In this document: positions 8,914-20,221 of the stretch, one piece after another | Position numbering within the stretch: position 1 is the first letter of the stretch | How the letters are laid out: the number at the start of each line of letters is the position of its first letter | Source: a virus | Length of the DNA: 64,000 bases | Reading direction: 5' to 3' (one strand) | IMG/VR virus record: IMGVR_UViG_3300027519_000002 | The notes under the pieces: generated by a model | What the model saw: the letters and a program-made list of their open reading frames with translations, nothing else | What the model was told of the DNA's origin: nothing | Database searches by the model: none | Position numbers and translations under genes: made by a program

Positions 8914-11900
8914 ATGTCCAATGAACTAAGTGTCCAAAAGACACAAATGAAGCGTGATCGCATCCAAAAGAGAGCAAATGAACTCATTGGTTTCGATAAG
9001 TTCTCGCAAAATGTGACTGCTGCCGCTGAAACAGCTAGGGCTGCACAAGACAGAATAGCTGCTGAAGAAATCAGACGGGCTAAGATTAGCCGTGATTCAT
9101 GGGCACGTAACAGCGAACTAGGTACGCTCTCAGGCCAAAGTAAGCAGTTAGTTAACCGACTGGCTCAAGGTGGCCTACAAGTCCTTTCAGAAGCTGTAGC
9201 TGGAGCCAATAACACTGAGGCAAACCGTTTACTTGGTAAACTGGATGACAGAGCCTTACGTCTAGCACAACGTGAACTCAACGGTGAAACCCTTAGTACT
9301 GAAGACAGTACCTATCTAGACCAGCAAGTTGATACCTCTCAATTCTACTTACCTAAATTCGGTACAAGTGCACATCACATGCCTTCTTCTAGTACGGCTC
9401 GCGAAGTATTCGCGGAGGCGTTAAGTAACTTGAAGCAAGCAGGTAATATTGATAACGCACTAACTAAAGACACGGCAGTAGCCAAAGCATTTAACCCACT
9501 TAACCGTGAAGAACAGTCTGCGGATATCGCCAAAGCCTATGAAGACTCTGGCTTATCAAATGAAGAGTCATTAACCAGTAACCCAATGGCACTATTTAAC
9601 TTTGCGGTTGATGGCGCTAAGTCACTGGTGAATAACCCTGCCTCTACAATCGAATATGCTGCTGAGAGTTTGGCAGGAGCTGCATCTGCTGCTGTACCTG
9701 GATTAGCTGTAATTAATAGTGCTAACTACGCTAACGATGTTCGTGCGAACAATATCGATAGAAAGTTACAGGATGAAAACACCTCACTTACTAAAGCTGA
9801 TATTGAAGAAGCTAACCAAGAAGGTGCACTAGCTGGCGCGTTAGACTTTGCCGGTGATGTGGTAACTGCACGCGCTGCAGGTATTACCAAGGCACTAAAT
9901 AAAGGTAAAGCACCTAAGACCAAATCACTTGCACGTAAAGCTACTGAAGAGTCAATCAAGCGTCCAGCTAAGGTAGCTGGTTCTTCTGTCTTAGAGTCAG
10001 TAACCGAAGGTGCACAGTCAGCTATTGAAGAAGATGCTTTTGGTGAAGACTTCGATCTCAAGACCAATGGTAAAGATGTACTTGAAGCTGCTGTTATTGG
10101 TGCAGGTGCATCAGGCGTAACTACTGGTACTGGTCAAGCAGTACAAACCGCTAAGGACGTTACTAAAGCTGCCCCTGAAGTTGCTAAGGCAATTGCTGAA
10201 AGTGCAAAGACTAAGAACCAGTCTAACGATGATGTTGAAAAGGCGCGTAAAGTACGTACTGAACAATCAGTTGGTGTGGCTAATGAGACTAAGGATTATT
10301 CAGATATCATTGAAAAATCTACCGCACAGGTAGAAGAATCAGAAAAATTAGACATAGAAGAAGTCGCTAGTACTATCTCGCGCCAATTTGAAGCACAGTC
10401 AAAAGATACGACAGACCCAGACTCAACTGAAGCCAATGAATCCATTGAGCAATTAAGTGGTCTTTGGGACGCTGCAGTGGATCGTCTTGATTCTGTATTT
10501 AGTGAGATAGCGCAGGACACTGACAAGAAGAAACCTGAATTACGTCAACAAGCTAGTGAACTCGGTAGAGCGATAGATGTTATTGAAGCGCATAGAGAAA
10601 AGATCTCTGAAGCAATTGCGCGAGACAATAACACAACTGAAGCTATCACCAATTTAACTAACGCTACTGAACGTAACGAAGACTTCGAGCTAAACGCGCA
10701 ACGTATCTTGGACACTGATGCTGTATCACCAGATAGTATTAGCGTGGAGCAGATGGAAGCACTTCTAAAATCAGACAAGTGGACACCAGAAGAACGTACT
10801 CGTTTAGAGAATAGCTTTAACGCTAAACAGTCAATGAAGGTTATCGAGGAAAGTCGCGATATCCAGTCTTCTTCTCCTAATGCTGATCTTGTTAGTAACG
10901 ATATCTTCAACGGTAGGTCTAAAGGTACTTACAACAAGAAAGATAAAGGTGCATCAGGTGTTAAGTCTTACCGCCAAAAGGTCGGTCATGCTTTACGTAC
11001 AGGTAACATCGAAGCTGCCAATAAAGCACGTGATTATCTAGCCGCATTTGCAGACAAACACACTAAGAAATCAGAAGCTATTCAATTGGCCCTTGGTGCT
11101 TATGCGCGTGTAGGTCAAAACGGTAACTTCACACTACAGTACAACGAGCAAGAACAAGCTGCCGTTGATTACCTTGCCCGTGAACACAAGTTTGAAATGA
11201 AGAGCGGTACTCCGCGCATTGCTCCAAGTATTCAACGTGAAGCTGAAGCCCTACGAAACGTCCTTACTGAGGTAGATGGTTTAATCCAGGCTAAACGAGA
11301 TGTTGACCCTATTTCTACACAGTCAACTCAGCCTACACCTACAGCTAATACAGCCCCTCAAGCTACACAGGAACAACCTACGGCTACTGCTGACGCATCG
11401 CCTACGGTAACTGAAACATCCACTCCTGAAGCCACTGAGACTGTATCTAATGACACCGTTGAACAACCAACTACAGAAGCAACGCAGCCAGAGGCGCAAA
11501 CAACGCCAGAAGAGAATACGCAGACGGTAACTGAACCAGAAGCTGAAACCACTACCGAAGAAAGTACCGAGTCTGAGAGCGAAGCGGTAACAGACGAGGA
11601 AGTAGGTGAAACAAACCTAGAACAGGCACTACAAGAGTCGCGTGCTGAAGAAGTTCGAATTGATAATCAAATAGAAGATCTTCGCAAGCAGCTTACTGAC
11701 AAAGAAGGCATTACCAATCAAGTCATTGCTGAACTTGGTTTAGCTGATAAAGAAGCGCACTCTGTTAAAGAACGTACTCAAATCAATGAAGCGGTACGTG
11801 AACGTCAGGGTGAACTACTTACCCAGATTCAGAACTACAAGGCTGACCAAAAGGCAGTTCGCAATAGCACCCGTGCACTGGAAGGCCAAAAGGCTAACTT

Positions 11901-14900
11901 TGATGGAACTGCGAAAGCCTTTGAGAATGAAGGTTTCGCTAAGAAGTTCGTACCTGCAAATAAGAAGACGCTAGTTCGTGCTGTACCTAACTTAATCAGT
12001 CAGTTAAAACGAGCCCCATCTACTGTACTGGCTTACGCAAAAGAATTTACTTCTCTTACTTCTAATCAGAAGGGCGCCATTAAGCACTTCACACAATTCG
12101 CAGAAGCGTTTGGAGAACGCCTTAATACGATCCCTAACTTAGAGGCGATTGCTAAGAACCCTGATTTCCACTTGTACACGCCATTAATGGAAGACGATGG
12201 ATTCTCTGAAACTGCCAAAGCTGGACTAGCAGCCGCTGCATACACGTGGTTAGCTAATGACGCTAAAGGTACACGTTACACTGATGCACGTGTATTAGCT
12301 CGCCGCTTTAACATCTCTGATAGCGATAAAGTACCTGCAAGCCTAGTAGGTGCATTGGCCAAAGATGGTCTACCCATCAACATGCTTTATAAAGCGTTAG
12401 GTCAAAACGCTGCATCTGCTTTAGGTATTCGTCTTAATGAAGAGTCAGCATCAACACGTGATATGAGTGTGTTGCAGTTACAACTAGGCCAGATGATTGT
12501 GGCCACTATGTCTGATATGGGCCTAATAGATGTTCGTCAACGCCCTATGGCTGATGTTATCCAAGCAGGTAATGCTGAAGTTCGTGAGAACGTTCTAATG
12601 CAGATTGGCCTGACTAAAGCTAAACAGGAAAACCTTACTCCTGAAGAGCTTGATAAAGTTATCGGTAAGATCCCATATACCACAGCAATCGTTAAGCACG
12701 ACCCAACTACAGAACCATTTGATGACACTGGCTTGAGTAATGAAGTACAGGAAATCATTGGAGCCAATGAAGATACTGACTACGTTATTGAGAACTTATT
12801 TGATACGCATACGGTAGACCGCGAACCCTCTCTTAAGCCTGGTGAAGGCCTTAAGGAAGGTGCACTTATGAAAGGTACTATGAAACAAGTATCTGAGCGC
12901 ACACGTGCAATGACAGCGGAGCAAGAGCAAAAAGCAATTACTATCGTCCAAGACAATGACTTGATCATGTCTATGTTAAACGTGGATGACAATGACGGCG
13001 AAGGCTCAGAACTTGAACGTGTACTAGGTATCGAATCTAAGAACCGACTTAAAGCAATGCCAAAGCGTATGCGCGATAGCGCGGAAGCGAAAGGTAATGG
13101 CCTACTTAACGAATGGAACAAGTACCAAACTTGGCGTAACAAACTAAGCCTGATGAAAAATGGCCTGTCTACTCCATTCTACTTGGGTATGGAAGTATGG
13201 AACTATGGTCGTTTTGGTTACACGAACCAAATGATTAATCCACAGACTTCTAAGATTCACCGTGCCTTGGTAGGTATGAAGAGCTGGAAGCAAACTGTTA
13301 GTGTCACTGATGGCCCTAAGATTCAAGCATTCTTACTTGGTGTGGCTCAAGGCTTAGACGTTGATATTGATAAGCAAACAGTAGATGACTCACTAGCTGC
13401 ACTTGACCCTATCATTAATGACGTAGATAACGTATTCAACAAGGGCGCGGTAGCTATCAACGAATTGAAAGCTAACGGTACAGAGTGGGCGCAGACTGAA
13501 GAAGGCAAAGCAGCACGCGAAGATGTTGTAGCTGCAGTAGAGAAGGGCAAACATAATGTTCACTCACTACATGCTCTAACTAACTTGGCTCGATACCTTG
13601 AAGCAAACGACAAAGGCCGAGAGCACTTTGATGCTGATATCTGGCTAGAAATCGATGGTATTACCAACGGTGTTGTAATCGGCTCAATCATTTTCGGTAA
13701 CGGTACAGCAAGCAATCTACGTGAAGAACTAGAAGCCGGCGGCATATTCTTCAATGAAAAGCGCGACTATGGTGAACATGCCTCCACTGAAGGTAATAAA
13801 GACTTCTACGAGCGACAAGCTGAGATCTGGCAACAGTACTTACAAGATGAAATTGTTGTAGCGAAACGCAACCCAGATAGTATTGAATCAAAGCGCCTAT
13901 TTGCCGCTGTACGCTTCTTTACGGGCTTGGACGTATTCTCAGACAAAGCACTAGAGATCAGCCGTAAGATGGCCAAGAGCCCACTTATGCAGAACGTATA
14001 CGGTGCAGGTAAGGCTTCACTATCTAATGACTTGGCTTCCGCAATCATAGACAACCTAGATACCTACATTGACAAGGTTATCAATGGTACTAAGGGCACT
14101 GATGAGCAAAAGGTTTACCTAGTAAACTACATGCTACAGAACATTGAGCCATTAGTTACTACTAAGAAAGGTAAGACATTCAATGTATTTAAGGGCGTAA
14201 ATCGCTTCAACACGGTAGAAGAAATTCGCGAGTCGGAGTACGACACGTTTGGTCTTAAAATCCTACAAGACAACATCAGTAAAGATTTTGCTTCACCGAT
14301 GCTTGATGCTATCGAAACACACTTCCAAGCGTTTAAATTCAACCGTGCTGTCTACATAGACAACATGAAGAACCACGCTGACGTATTTAAGTCACTGTAC
14401 GAAATGCGCGTTAAAGAAGAGAAAGAGCGCCTAGTTAGTGAAGGCCTTATCGATGCGACTGATGAAATACCTGAAGCAACGCGTAAAGCGATTGCGGATG
14501 AACTGCACCACATCATGCCTGCCGTTGAGAACCCTAACGGTGACGGTACATACGAGACTGACTTACAAGCCGTTAAAGTAGAAGATGTTGCTGCGCGTAC
14601 AGCCAAGGGCAATGCATACAGGGCTAACTTCAAACCAAACAGCGCTGTAAAGGTACAAGTACTTCAACCTAATGGTTCATACGCTAAAGGCTCATTAAAT
14701 ACTCTGTCTTCAACTGCGACTGTCCGTACCTTCGCTAATAACATCGGCCCGGGCGTTGGTGTTCAGAACATTCACGGCAACGATGCAGGAATTATTCAGC
14801 CGGTAGTAGCTAACTTCGACATCTTCAACGTTCACGATGGTATTCCAGCGGGACTTAACAACTATAAAGAAGTAGGTCAGGCCGCTAACCAAGCGTTTTT

Positions 14901-17900
14901 GGACAACGTATTCAATAACAACCCATTCAGTTACGCGAAAGATCTTATTGACCGTACAGTCGATGAAATCAATGAACGTAAAGAGCTTGGCGATATCTCA
15001 GCATCAACAGCTAAGACACTTATCGATAAGTTAACGAATACGACTACAAGCCAGTTCGGTAAAGATACTCGCGATGGCGGTAACGACTATGAGTACCTTA
15101 CTTCTAAGGCTGTCGAGACTTCCGATCGTCTAGGTGAGTTGCGTAATACTGTTGAATCGGTGCAACAATACTATTTGCCTGGGACAGGTGTTACCACTGA
15201 ACTTGGTAATAAGAACGATGAAGCCCGTAGCAATGGTACATACGAGGCACCTAAAGCCCCTGAGTTGTCAAAAGACGGAGCAACACAAACCGCATCGACT
15301 GTGCAGCGCACAAAGGAGATGCAACAGAAGAACCTAAAAGAAAACACTTCTGATACTGGCTTAAAAGATACCGCGCCATTCGCCACTACATTAGAAAAAG
15401 CATTGAAAGCAGGGGAGTCATTCTCTTCAGCATTTAAAGCCGCTGTAGATGCCACTGGCTCAAAGGGTTTCCACGTAAGCTTAATCAATAAGCTACTTGA
15501 GAACTTGCCTTCTGACTTTGAAGTGCAGCTTGTGAACAAGGACAGTGATAGTAAGTTGGTCGAGAAGATGAACGGTATTCGTGGCGCCCATATCAAAGGC
15601 ACAGGTAAACTGTTACTTAAGTCAACAGACTTCAGCAAGAACAGCCTAAACCTTGAAACCTTGGCTCACGAACTGCTTCACGTAGTTACTGCGAACACTA
15701 TTGACGCTGAACCTGATAATCCAGCCGTTAAAAAACTTGATGAATTGTTAAGAGAACTTCGCGGTAAGATCACTGACAGCAAGTTCCTACCTGCATTAGA
15801 AAACTCTAAAGAACTGGTAGCTTGGGGTTTGACCAATAAAGACTTCATCAGGAAGCTTAGAGCTACAAAGGTTAAGAGTAGACGTAACGGTAAGCTATTA
15901 GATGCGTTCACCGCATTTGCTGACGCACTAAAAGGCTTCTTTGGTGGTAAGTCACTTAAGAACGACTCTGCACTTAAGCAGTTAATTGAGCTGTCTGCTG
16001 CCGTAATGGAAGTGGATAGTAAGGTTAACCCTCGAAGCAATGACGCTAACATTGACCTGAACGCTCAACGCATCCAAAGAATGTCACCGGTAGAACTTAT
16101 TCGTGGTCTAGCTGCGCATGGCCAAACTACTGACGCACATACATCTCACTTGGTTTCAATCCAAGAAGAGATAGTAAACGTGTTCGCTGGCCCAATGGGT
16201 GCTGACCTTAAGTTAGAGGAAGAGGCGTTAGGTGATGACGTTGATCAATACCTTACCCACCTATCCAACGGTACAAGACCATTCGTAAGCGCAATCCAAA
16301 CAACATTTAACCTTACACCTCAAGAAGCTTATGTTGCGGAGCAACTGGAAGCGGTACTTGATAGTAAGATATTAGATGCAGGGTTCGTTAAGAATAGACT
16401 CGTTGATGTCTGGGAATCAGCTAGAAAGTCGCTTACATGGGAAAGCTTCCTACCTAACCCTGACTTCAAAGATGATGCGGCAGAAGTTGCCAAGGCTAAA
16501 GCCAAGTACGATTACTTGTTTAGTACTAAGAACCTTAACAAAGGTAACTATGCGTTCAGTGACTTAGCAGGTAAGTACGTAGACTCTCGCGCCTCTGACT
16601 TCCTTACTCGATTCGCAGCAGCTTCTGCTGTATCAAGTGAAGTTCGTGCAGCCCTAGAAGGCCTAGACGAGGTTACTACTGAAACCAATGGAAGTATTTG
16701 GTCACGCGCTAACAAGGCTGTCATGGATCTGTTTGGTCGCATGGAAGAGCTGGTTAACGGTAACTTACGTCACGGTGGTAACTTGCAAGAGAAGCAAGAC
16801 CAGTTACTTAACCGCATGGCTCAAACTAATCACCGTAATCGTCAAAAACTTAACCTACTGGAAAGGAAGAACCTTGAAGGTAAGACAGTACTTAACAAGT
16901 ACCTAAGCAAAGCTATTAACTCTGCACTAACTGGTGATTTCGTTACTTCACGTACAGAGTCTGAGCGCCCGTTTATAGCGGCAGCGGCTAACGTAGCGCA
17001 GTTGGTAGGTACAGGTACAGTCGGTACTATGACTGAGTTCTTACGTAAGCAGTTCAAAAAGGCTGACGAAGATAGACCTAGCCCACTAAACGAGGCGTTT
17101 ACCGAGGTATTCGGTAGAGGCCATCCTGATATGGATAGCGTTATAGACCTTACGCGTAAAGCCAATCGCGATATCGAGCAGCAACGTCAGTTCGGTAAAC
17201 AAGGCATGATGTCACTACTTCAGAGTAAGTTAGGCAAGTTAAGCGATGCAGCGTCTGAAAGCCTACACAAATCACTGCTTTCTACTGATGCCGGCCACCT
17301 ACTTGCTAACGGTTACGATATCAACCGAATCGACGAGTTCCTGACAAACGATGCAGCGCTAGACAACGAAATCAAAGATATCGAATCTCGTATATCTGGT
17401 TTCCAGCACAGCACTACTTACGTTAACCAAGCCAAAGCGCTTGCATACTATATGGTAACGGGTAACGCCACCTCTGATGTGTTGCACAAGAACGCTCACC
17501 AGATCGTTAACCTGTTTGGATTAAACCAGAAGGTAACTGACGATCGCAAAGCTGATGCAATCAAACTGGTAGACACACTCACTTCTCTTTACGCCATGAC
17601 GTACACTTCAAACGGCCATAAGAAAGCCGCTTCACAGGTTATTCGCGAGAACAACCAAAAGGACGAGAACGGCGTTGAGTTCATGCTTAAGCAGTACGAA
17701 CAGTTACGCCTAGATGCCCTTGAAGCTAATTTTGACGGCGAAGTGACGCAAATGACAAAAGGTTACACACCTGAGTCAGTTAATCCGCACATCACTCACG
17801 ACTATGCTTTGCCTGGGAGTGCGAAAGCTGAGTCTCTATATAAGCAGGGCTATAAGTTAATTGGGGCTGTTGGTCGCGATGAACGCCTAGACTCTTCAAA

Positions 17901-19569
17901 AGGTCTACTACTATTCGCAATTGAAGATGGCGGTATGGCTCGAAGAGTGACAGGTACAATGTCATTTACGGCAGGGGCTATGAAAGGTACTGAATGGATT
18001 GACTCTATGGAAAAAGCGGAGCAGCCAATCACGTACAAGGATAAGCACAAGATCTTAGGCGGCATTATCGGTACGGCTCGTAAGAACGCACTTGCACGTA
18101 TCAGTGACCCTAACTTTGACCCACGTAGTGTTGAGGTTGATGCTGGCCCAATGATGATTCCGACTTTCCACAATGACGGTTCAATAAAGACATTCCGTTA
18201 TGAAATGTCAGAAGCATTGCGTACAACCAGTCTTCAGAAGCGCTATAACGCTATCGAGGCATTGGCTACCATGCAGGGCAATGTCGTTGACAAACGAAAT
18301 ACCCGTGAACGTAACCGTGCGGTAGTAGACACGCTGGTAGAGCAGTACAACAATGACCCTGATAGGGCTTCAGCGGATTATGTACATATCGGCCCAAATG
18401 CGAAATCTGCATACCTCCGCGAATACTGGTCGCTATTACCTCACGACACACAAATGTACATTCGTGAAAAGACCGGCCTTAAGTTACCTATCAAGCGCGA
18501 GCTGTTACATGCAACACTAGGTTTCCGCAAACCAAGTCTATCTGATATCTTCAAGACTGACCGCGATGCACAAGGCATGGTTACTAGCCTAGTTCGCAAA
18601 GGTTTGGAGAACGTACTTAAGCCTGACCAGATTAGCGCACTAATCCGCGGTATCAAGAAAGGTGAAGATGGTTTCGCTGTTGCCACTGGTATTATTAAGG
18701 ACAACGTAGTTGTTAAGAACCTTTGGACTACCATGTTCAACATCGTTAGTAACTTCCTACACCTGCTTGGTAACGACATACCAGTTCGCCAAGCGTTTAG
18801 CGGCAGCGTGCGCGGTTATCGTGAAGCAGCTAAGTACAACAAGCTACGTCAACGTGCCTACGAAGTAGAGCGTGAAATGGCTATCTTGGATTCAGGTTCT
18901 GAACAGTACAGCAAGTTCCGCAATGAGGCTAACAAGCTACAAACGCTAATGGCCACAAGCCCAGTACATAAGCTAATGGAAGCTGGCTTGTTCCAGACTA
19001 TCGTAGAAGATATCGATAACACGCAAGACCCGTTCAGCTTTAAGAGCAAGACCGCACGCAAGATTGATGAGTGGTCCGACGCGAAGCGAGTAGGGCCACT
19101 GAATAAACTAGGCAAGTACCTTTACGTTACGCAAGACACGCAACTGTATAAGATGATGAACCAACCTATTCAGATGTCTGACTTTGCTGCACGTTTTGCC
19201 ATGTTTGAGTACTTAACTGAAATGGCGCCTGAAAAGCTGGATGATCAGACTGCGTTGAATACGGTCAGCGAACACTTCGTTAACTACGATATTCCTACCA
19301 GTCCACAGCTCCAGTGGCTTAACGACCACGGGTTGTTGATGTTCAGTAAGTATTACCTACGGATTCTACGTCCGGTATGGTCTACATTCGCTGAGAAGCC
19401 AGTGAGTACAATACTTTCTCTAATGATGACGCTAGACAATGCGCTAACATCACCAGTGGAGACAGTACTAAGTAGCACTATCTTCGATAAGATTACTAAC
19501 CCTATCTCAAGTGGTTTAGATGCTTGGGACGAACCATTGCCGCTGCAAGCAGTAGCAGAAATTCTTTAA
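8914..19569 (+). CDS. Virion-encapsidated giant RNA polymerase (N4 gp50-like vRNAP).
   Basis: 3551 aa. Central domain carries T7-like motifs: A-like FDADIWLEIDGITNG, B SRKMAKSPLMQNVYGAG (R-x3-K-x7-YG), C NVHDGIP. Last gene of the late operon, as in N4. Confidence 0.85.
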   Translation: MSNELSVQKTQMKRDRIQKRANELIGFDKFSQNVTAAAETARAAQDRIAAEEIRRAKISRDSWARNSELGTLSGQSKQLVNRLAQGGLQVLSEAVAGANNTEANRLLGKLDDRALRLAQRELNGETLSTEDSTYLDQQVDTSQFYLPKFGTSAHHMPSSSTAREVFAEALSNLKQAGNIDNALTKDTAVAKAFNPLNREEQSADIAKAYEDSGLSNEESLTSNPMALFNFAVDGAKSLVNNPASTIEYAAESLAGAASAAVPGLAVINSANYANDVRANNIDRKLQDENTSLTKADIEEANQEGALAGALDFAGDVVTARAAGITKALNKGKAPKTKSLARKATEESIKRPAKVAGSSVLESVTEGAQSAIEEDAFGEDFDLKTNGKDVLEAAVIGAGASGVTTGTGQAVQTAKDVTKAAPEVAKAIAESAKTKNQSNDDVEKARKVRTEQSVGVANETKDYSDIIEKSTAQVEESEKLDIEEVASTISRQFEAQSKDTTDPDSTEANESIEQLSGLWDAAVDRLDSVFSEIAQDTDKKKPELRQQASELGRAIDVIEAHREKISEAIARDNNTTEAITNLTNATERNEDFELNAQRILDTDAVSPDSISVEQMEALLKSDKWTPEERTRLENSFNAKQSMKVIEESRDIQSSSPNADLVSNDIFNGRSKGTYNKKDKGASGVKSYRQKVGHALRTGNIEAANKARDYLAAFADKHTKKSEAIQLALGAYARVGQNGNFTLQYNEQEQAAVDYLAREHKFEMKSGTPRIAPSIQREAEALRNVLTEVDGLIQAKRDVDPISTQSTQPTPTANTAPQATQEQPTATADASPTVTETSTPEATETVSNDTVEQPTTEATQPEAQTTPEENTQTVTEPEAETTTEESTESESEAVTDEEVGETNLEQALQESRAEEVRIDNQIEDLRKQLTDKEGITNQVIAELGLADKEAHSVKERTQINEAVRERQGELLTQIQNYKADQKAVRNSTRALEGQKANFDGTAKAFENEGFAKKFVPANKKTLVRAVPNLISQLKRAPSTVLAYAKEFTSLTSNQKGAIKHFTQFAEAFGERLNTIPNLEAIAKNPDFHLYTPLMEDDGFSETAKAGLAAAAYTWLANDAKGTRYTDARVLARRFNISDSDKVPASLVGALAKDGLPINMLYKALGQNAASALGIRLNEESASTRDMSVLQLQLGQMIVATMSDMGLIDVRQRPMADVIQAGNAEVRENVLMQIGLTKAKQENLTPEELDKVIGKIPYTTAIVKHDPTTEPFDDTGLSNEVQEIIGANEDTDYVIENLFDTHTVDREPSLKPGEGLKEGALMKGTMKQVSERTRAMTAEQEQKAITIVQDNDLIMSMLNVDDNDGEGSELERVLGIESKNRLKAMPKRMRDSAEAKGNGLLNEWNKYQTWRNKLSLMKNGLSTPFYLGMEVWNYGRFGYTNQMINPQTSKIHRALVGMKSWKQTVSVTDGPKIQAFLLGVAQGLDVDIDKQTVDDSLAALDPIINDVDNVFNKGAVAINELKANGTEWAQTEEGKAAREDVVAAVEKGKHNVHSLHALTNLARYLEANDKGREHFDADIWLEIDGITNGVVIGSIIFGNGTASNLREELEAGGIFFNEKRDYGEHASTEGNKDFYERQAEIWQQYLQDEIVVAKRNPDSIESKRLFAAVRFFTGLDVFSDKALEISRKMAKSPLMQNVYGAGKASLSNDLASAIIDNLDTYIDKVINGTKGTDEQKVYLVNYMLQNIEPLVTTKKGKTFNVFKGVNRFNTVEEIRESEYDTFGLKILQDNISKDFASPMLDAIETHFQAFKFNRAVYIDNMKNHADVFKSLYEMRVKEEKERLVSEGLIDATDEIPEATRKAIADELHHIMPAVENPNGDGTYETDLQAVKVEDVAARTAKGNAYRANFKPNSAVKVQVLQPNGSYAKGSLNTLSSTATVRTFANNIGPGVGVQNIHGNDAGIIQPVVANFDIFNVHDGIPAGLNNYKEVGQAANQAFLDNVFNNNPFSYAKDLIDRTVDEINERKELGDISASTAKTLIDKLTNTTTSQFGKDTRDGGNDYEYLTSKAVETSDRLGELRNTVESVQQYYLPGTGVTTELGNKNDEARSNGTYEAPKAPELSKDGATQTASTVQRTKEMQQKNLKENTSDTGLKDTAPFATTLEKALKAGESFSSAFKAAVDATGSKGFHVSLINKLLENLPSDFEVQLVNKDSDSKLVEKMNGIRGAHIKGTGKLLLKSTDFSKNSLNLETLAHELLHVVTANTIDAEPDNPAVKKLDELLRELRGKITDSKFLPALENSKELVAWGLTNKDFIRKLRATKVKSRRNGKLLDAFTAFADALKGFFGGKSLKNDSALKQLIELSAAVMEVDSKVNPRSNDANIDLNAQRIQRMSPVELIRGLAAHGQTTDAHTSHLVSIQEEIVNVFAGPMGADLKLEEEALGDDVDQYLTHLSNGTRPFVSAIQTTFNLTPQEAYVAEQLEAVLDSKILDAGFVKNRLVDVWESARKSLTWESFLPNPDFKDDAAEVAKAKAKYDYLFSTKNLNKGNYAFSDLAGKYVDSRASDFLTRFAAASAVSSEVRAALEGLDEVTTETNGSIWSRANKAVMDLFGRMEELVNGNLRHGGNLQEKQDQLLNRMAQTNHRNRQKLNLLERKNLEGKTVLNKYLSKAINSALTGDFVTSRTESERPFIAAAANVAQLVGTGTVGTMTEFLRKQFKKADEDRPSPLNEAFTEVFGRGHPDMDSVIDLTRKANRDIEQQRQFGKQGMMSLLQSKLGKLSDAASESLHKSLLSTDAGHLLANGYDINRIDEFLTNDAALDNEIKDIESRISGFQHSTTYVNQAKALAYYMVTGNATSDVLHKNAHQIVNLFGLNQKVTDDRKADAIKLVDTLTSLYAMTYTSNGHKKAASQVIRENNQKDENGVEFMLKQYEQLRLDALEANFDGEVTQMTKGYTPESVNPHITHDYALPGSAKAESLYKQGYKLIGAVGRDERLDSSKGLLLFAIEDGGMARRVTGTMSFTAGAMKGTEWIDSMEKAEQPITYKDKHKILGGIIGTARKNALARISDPNFDPRSVEVDAGPMMIPTFHNDGSIKTFRYEMSEALRTTSLQKRYNAIEALATMQGNVVDKRNTRERNRAVVDTLVEQYNNDPDRASADYVHIGPNAKSAYLREYWSLLPHDTQMYIREKTGLKLPIKRELLHATLGFRKPSLSDIFKTDRDAQGMVTSLVRKGLENVLKPDQISALIRGIKKGEDGFAVATGIIKDNVVVKNLWTTMFNIVSNFLHLLGNDIPVRQAFSGSVRGYREAAKYNKLRQRAYEVEREMAILDSGSEQYSKFRNEANKLQTLMATSPVHKLMEAGLFQTIVEDIDNTQDPFSFKSKTARKIDEWSDAKRVGPLNKLGKYLYVTQDTQLYKMMNQPIQMSDFAARFAMFEYLTEMAPEKLDDQTALNTVSEHFVNYDIPTSPQLQWLNDHGLLMFSKYYLRILRPVWSTFAEKPVSTILSLMMTLDNALTSPVETVLSSTIFDKITNPISSGLDAWDEPLPLQAVAEIL

Positions 19570-19575
19570 ACATCA

Positions 19576-19600
19576 GGGCGCTTAATGCGCCCTTTCTTTT
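19576..19600. terminator. GGGCGC(ttaat)GCGCCC plus TTTCTTTT. Terminator between convergent genes.
   Basis: Perfect 6-bp GC stem plus T-run immediately after the vRNAP stop. The convergent minus gene ends at 19599. Confidence 0.6.
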
Positions 19601-19976
19601 ATACTGCGTAAGCTAGTCCAGCCAATCCCGCGAGTATTGTGCCAATGAAGGCTAGGGCATAGGTCACTGCTTTGCGGCCGATGCCTGATAAACCTGAGTC
19701 TTCAATCTCAAGTTTTAATTGTTCTGGTTCATCAACATCTGGTAATTCCATTAAACTTGGAATAGGGAAACCAGGTGCGAATACGGTGGGCTCTTTCGCT
19801 CTACCTTGCATAGGGAGCGCCCAACCTTGTCTTCGAAGAACGTTAACCCGACTGCCGATGCTGCCTGTACTTCGTCCTAGCACTTCTGCTACGTCTTGGT
19901 AACGGTAGTTCCAGTTCTCAATAAGGTTCATTACTACGTTGTCTTCTGCGGGGGTAAATGGTCTACGAGTTGTCAT
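19599..19976 (-). CDS. Small protein with an N-terminal Myb/SANT-like helix-turn-helix and a C-terminal transmembrane anchor.
   Basis: Spaced aromatic residues (NWNYRYQDVAEVLGRSTGSIGSRVNVLRRQGW) and a hydrophobic C-terminus (AVTYALAFIGTILAGLAGLAYAV). Confidence 0.4.
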   Translation of the reverse strand: MTTRRPFTPAEDNVVMNLIENWNYRYQDVAEVLGRSTGSIGSRVNVLRRQGWALPMQGRAKEPTVFAPGFPIPSLMELPDVDEPEQLKLEIEDSGLSGIGRKAVTYALAFIGTILAGLAGLAYAV

Positions 19977-19989
19977 GTTTTATGCTCAA

Positions 19990-20016
19990 ACAAAAAAGCC
20001 CCCATATAGGGGGCTT
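19990..20016 (-). terminator. GCCCCC(atata)GGGGGC with a flanking A/T run. Terminator for the minus-strand operon.
   Basis: 6-bp GC stem. On the minus strand it is followed by TTTTTTGTTTG. Confidence 0.6.
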
Positions 20017-20035
20017 GGTAAGGAGAATGTTGTAG

Positions 20036-20221
20036 CTACTCGGTCTTCTTCTTTTTTTCTGAGTATATCGCTACAACGATAAAAGCGATTAGGGCTACTA
20101 CACCGGCTACGCTTAAAAATATGCTCAGAAAGTATGAAGTAGCGATTACAATACCTGCCAGCAATGCCAAACCTACAGCTATTGCGATCGCTTTCATTAA
20201 GAGAAGTAGTTTACGAAACAT
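20036..20221 (-). CDS. Small two-TM membrane protein.
   Basis: 61 aa, two hydrophobic helices, start overlaps the upstream stop. Confidence 0.4.
   Translation of the reverse strand: MFRKLLLLMKAIAIAVGLALLAGIVIATSYFLSIFLSVAGVVALIAFIVVAIYSEKKKKTE

Noticed and set aside
9726-19115. About 30 minus-strand ORFs of 60-155 aa inside the vRNAP gene, plus plus-strand ORFs 11786-11974, 15134-15337, 16376-16567 and 16688-16906.
   Set aside because: They lie entirely within a 10.6-kb gene that has strong polymerase motifs, have low-complexity Ser/Ala/Leu-rich translations typical of antisense frames, and have no RBS.
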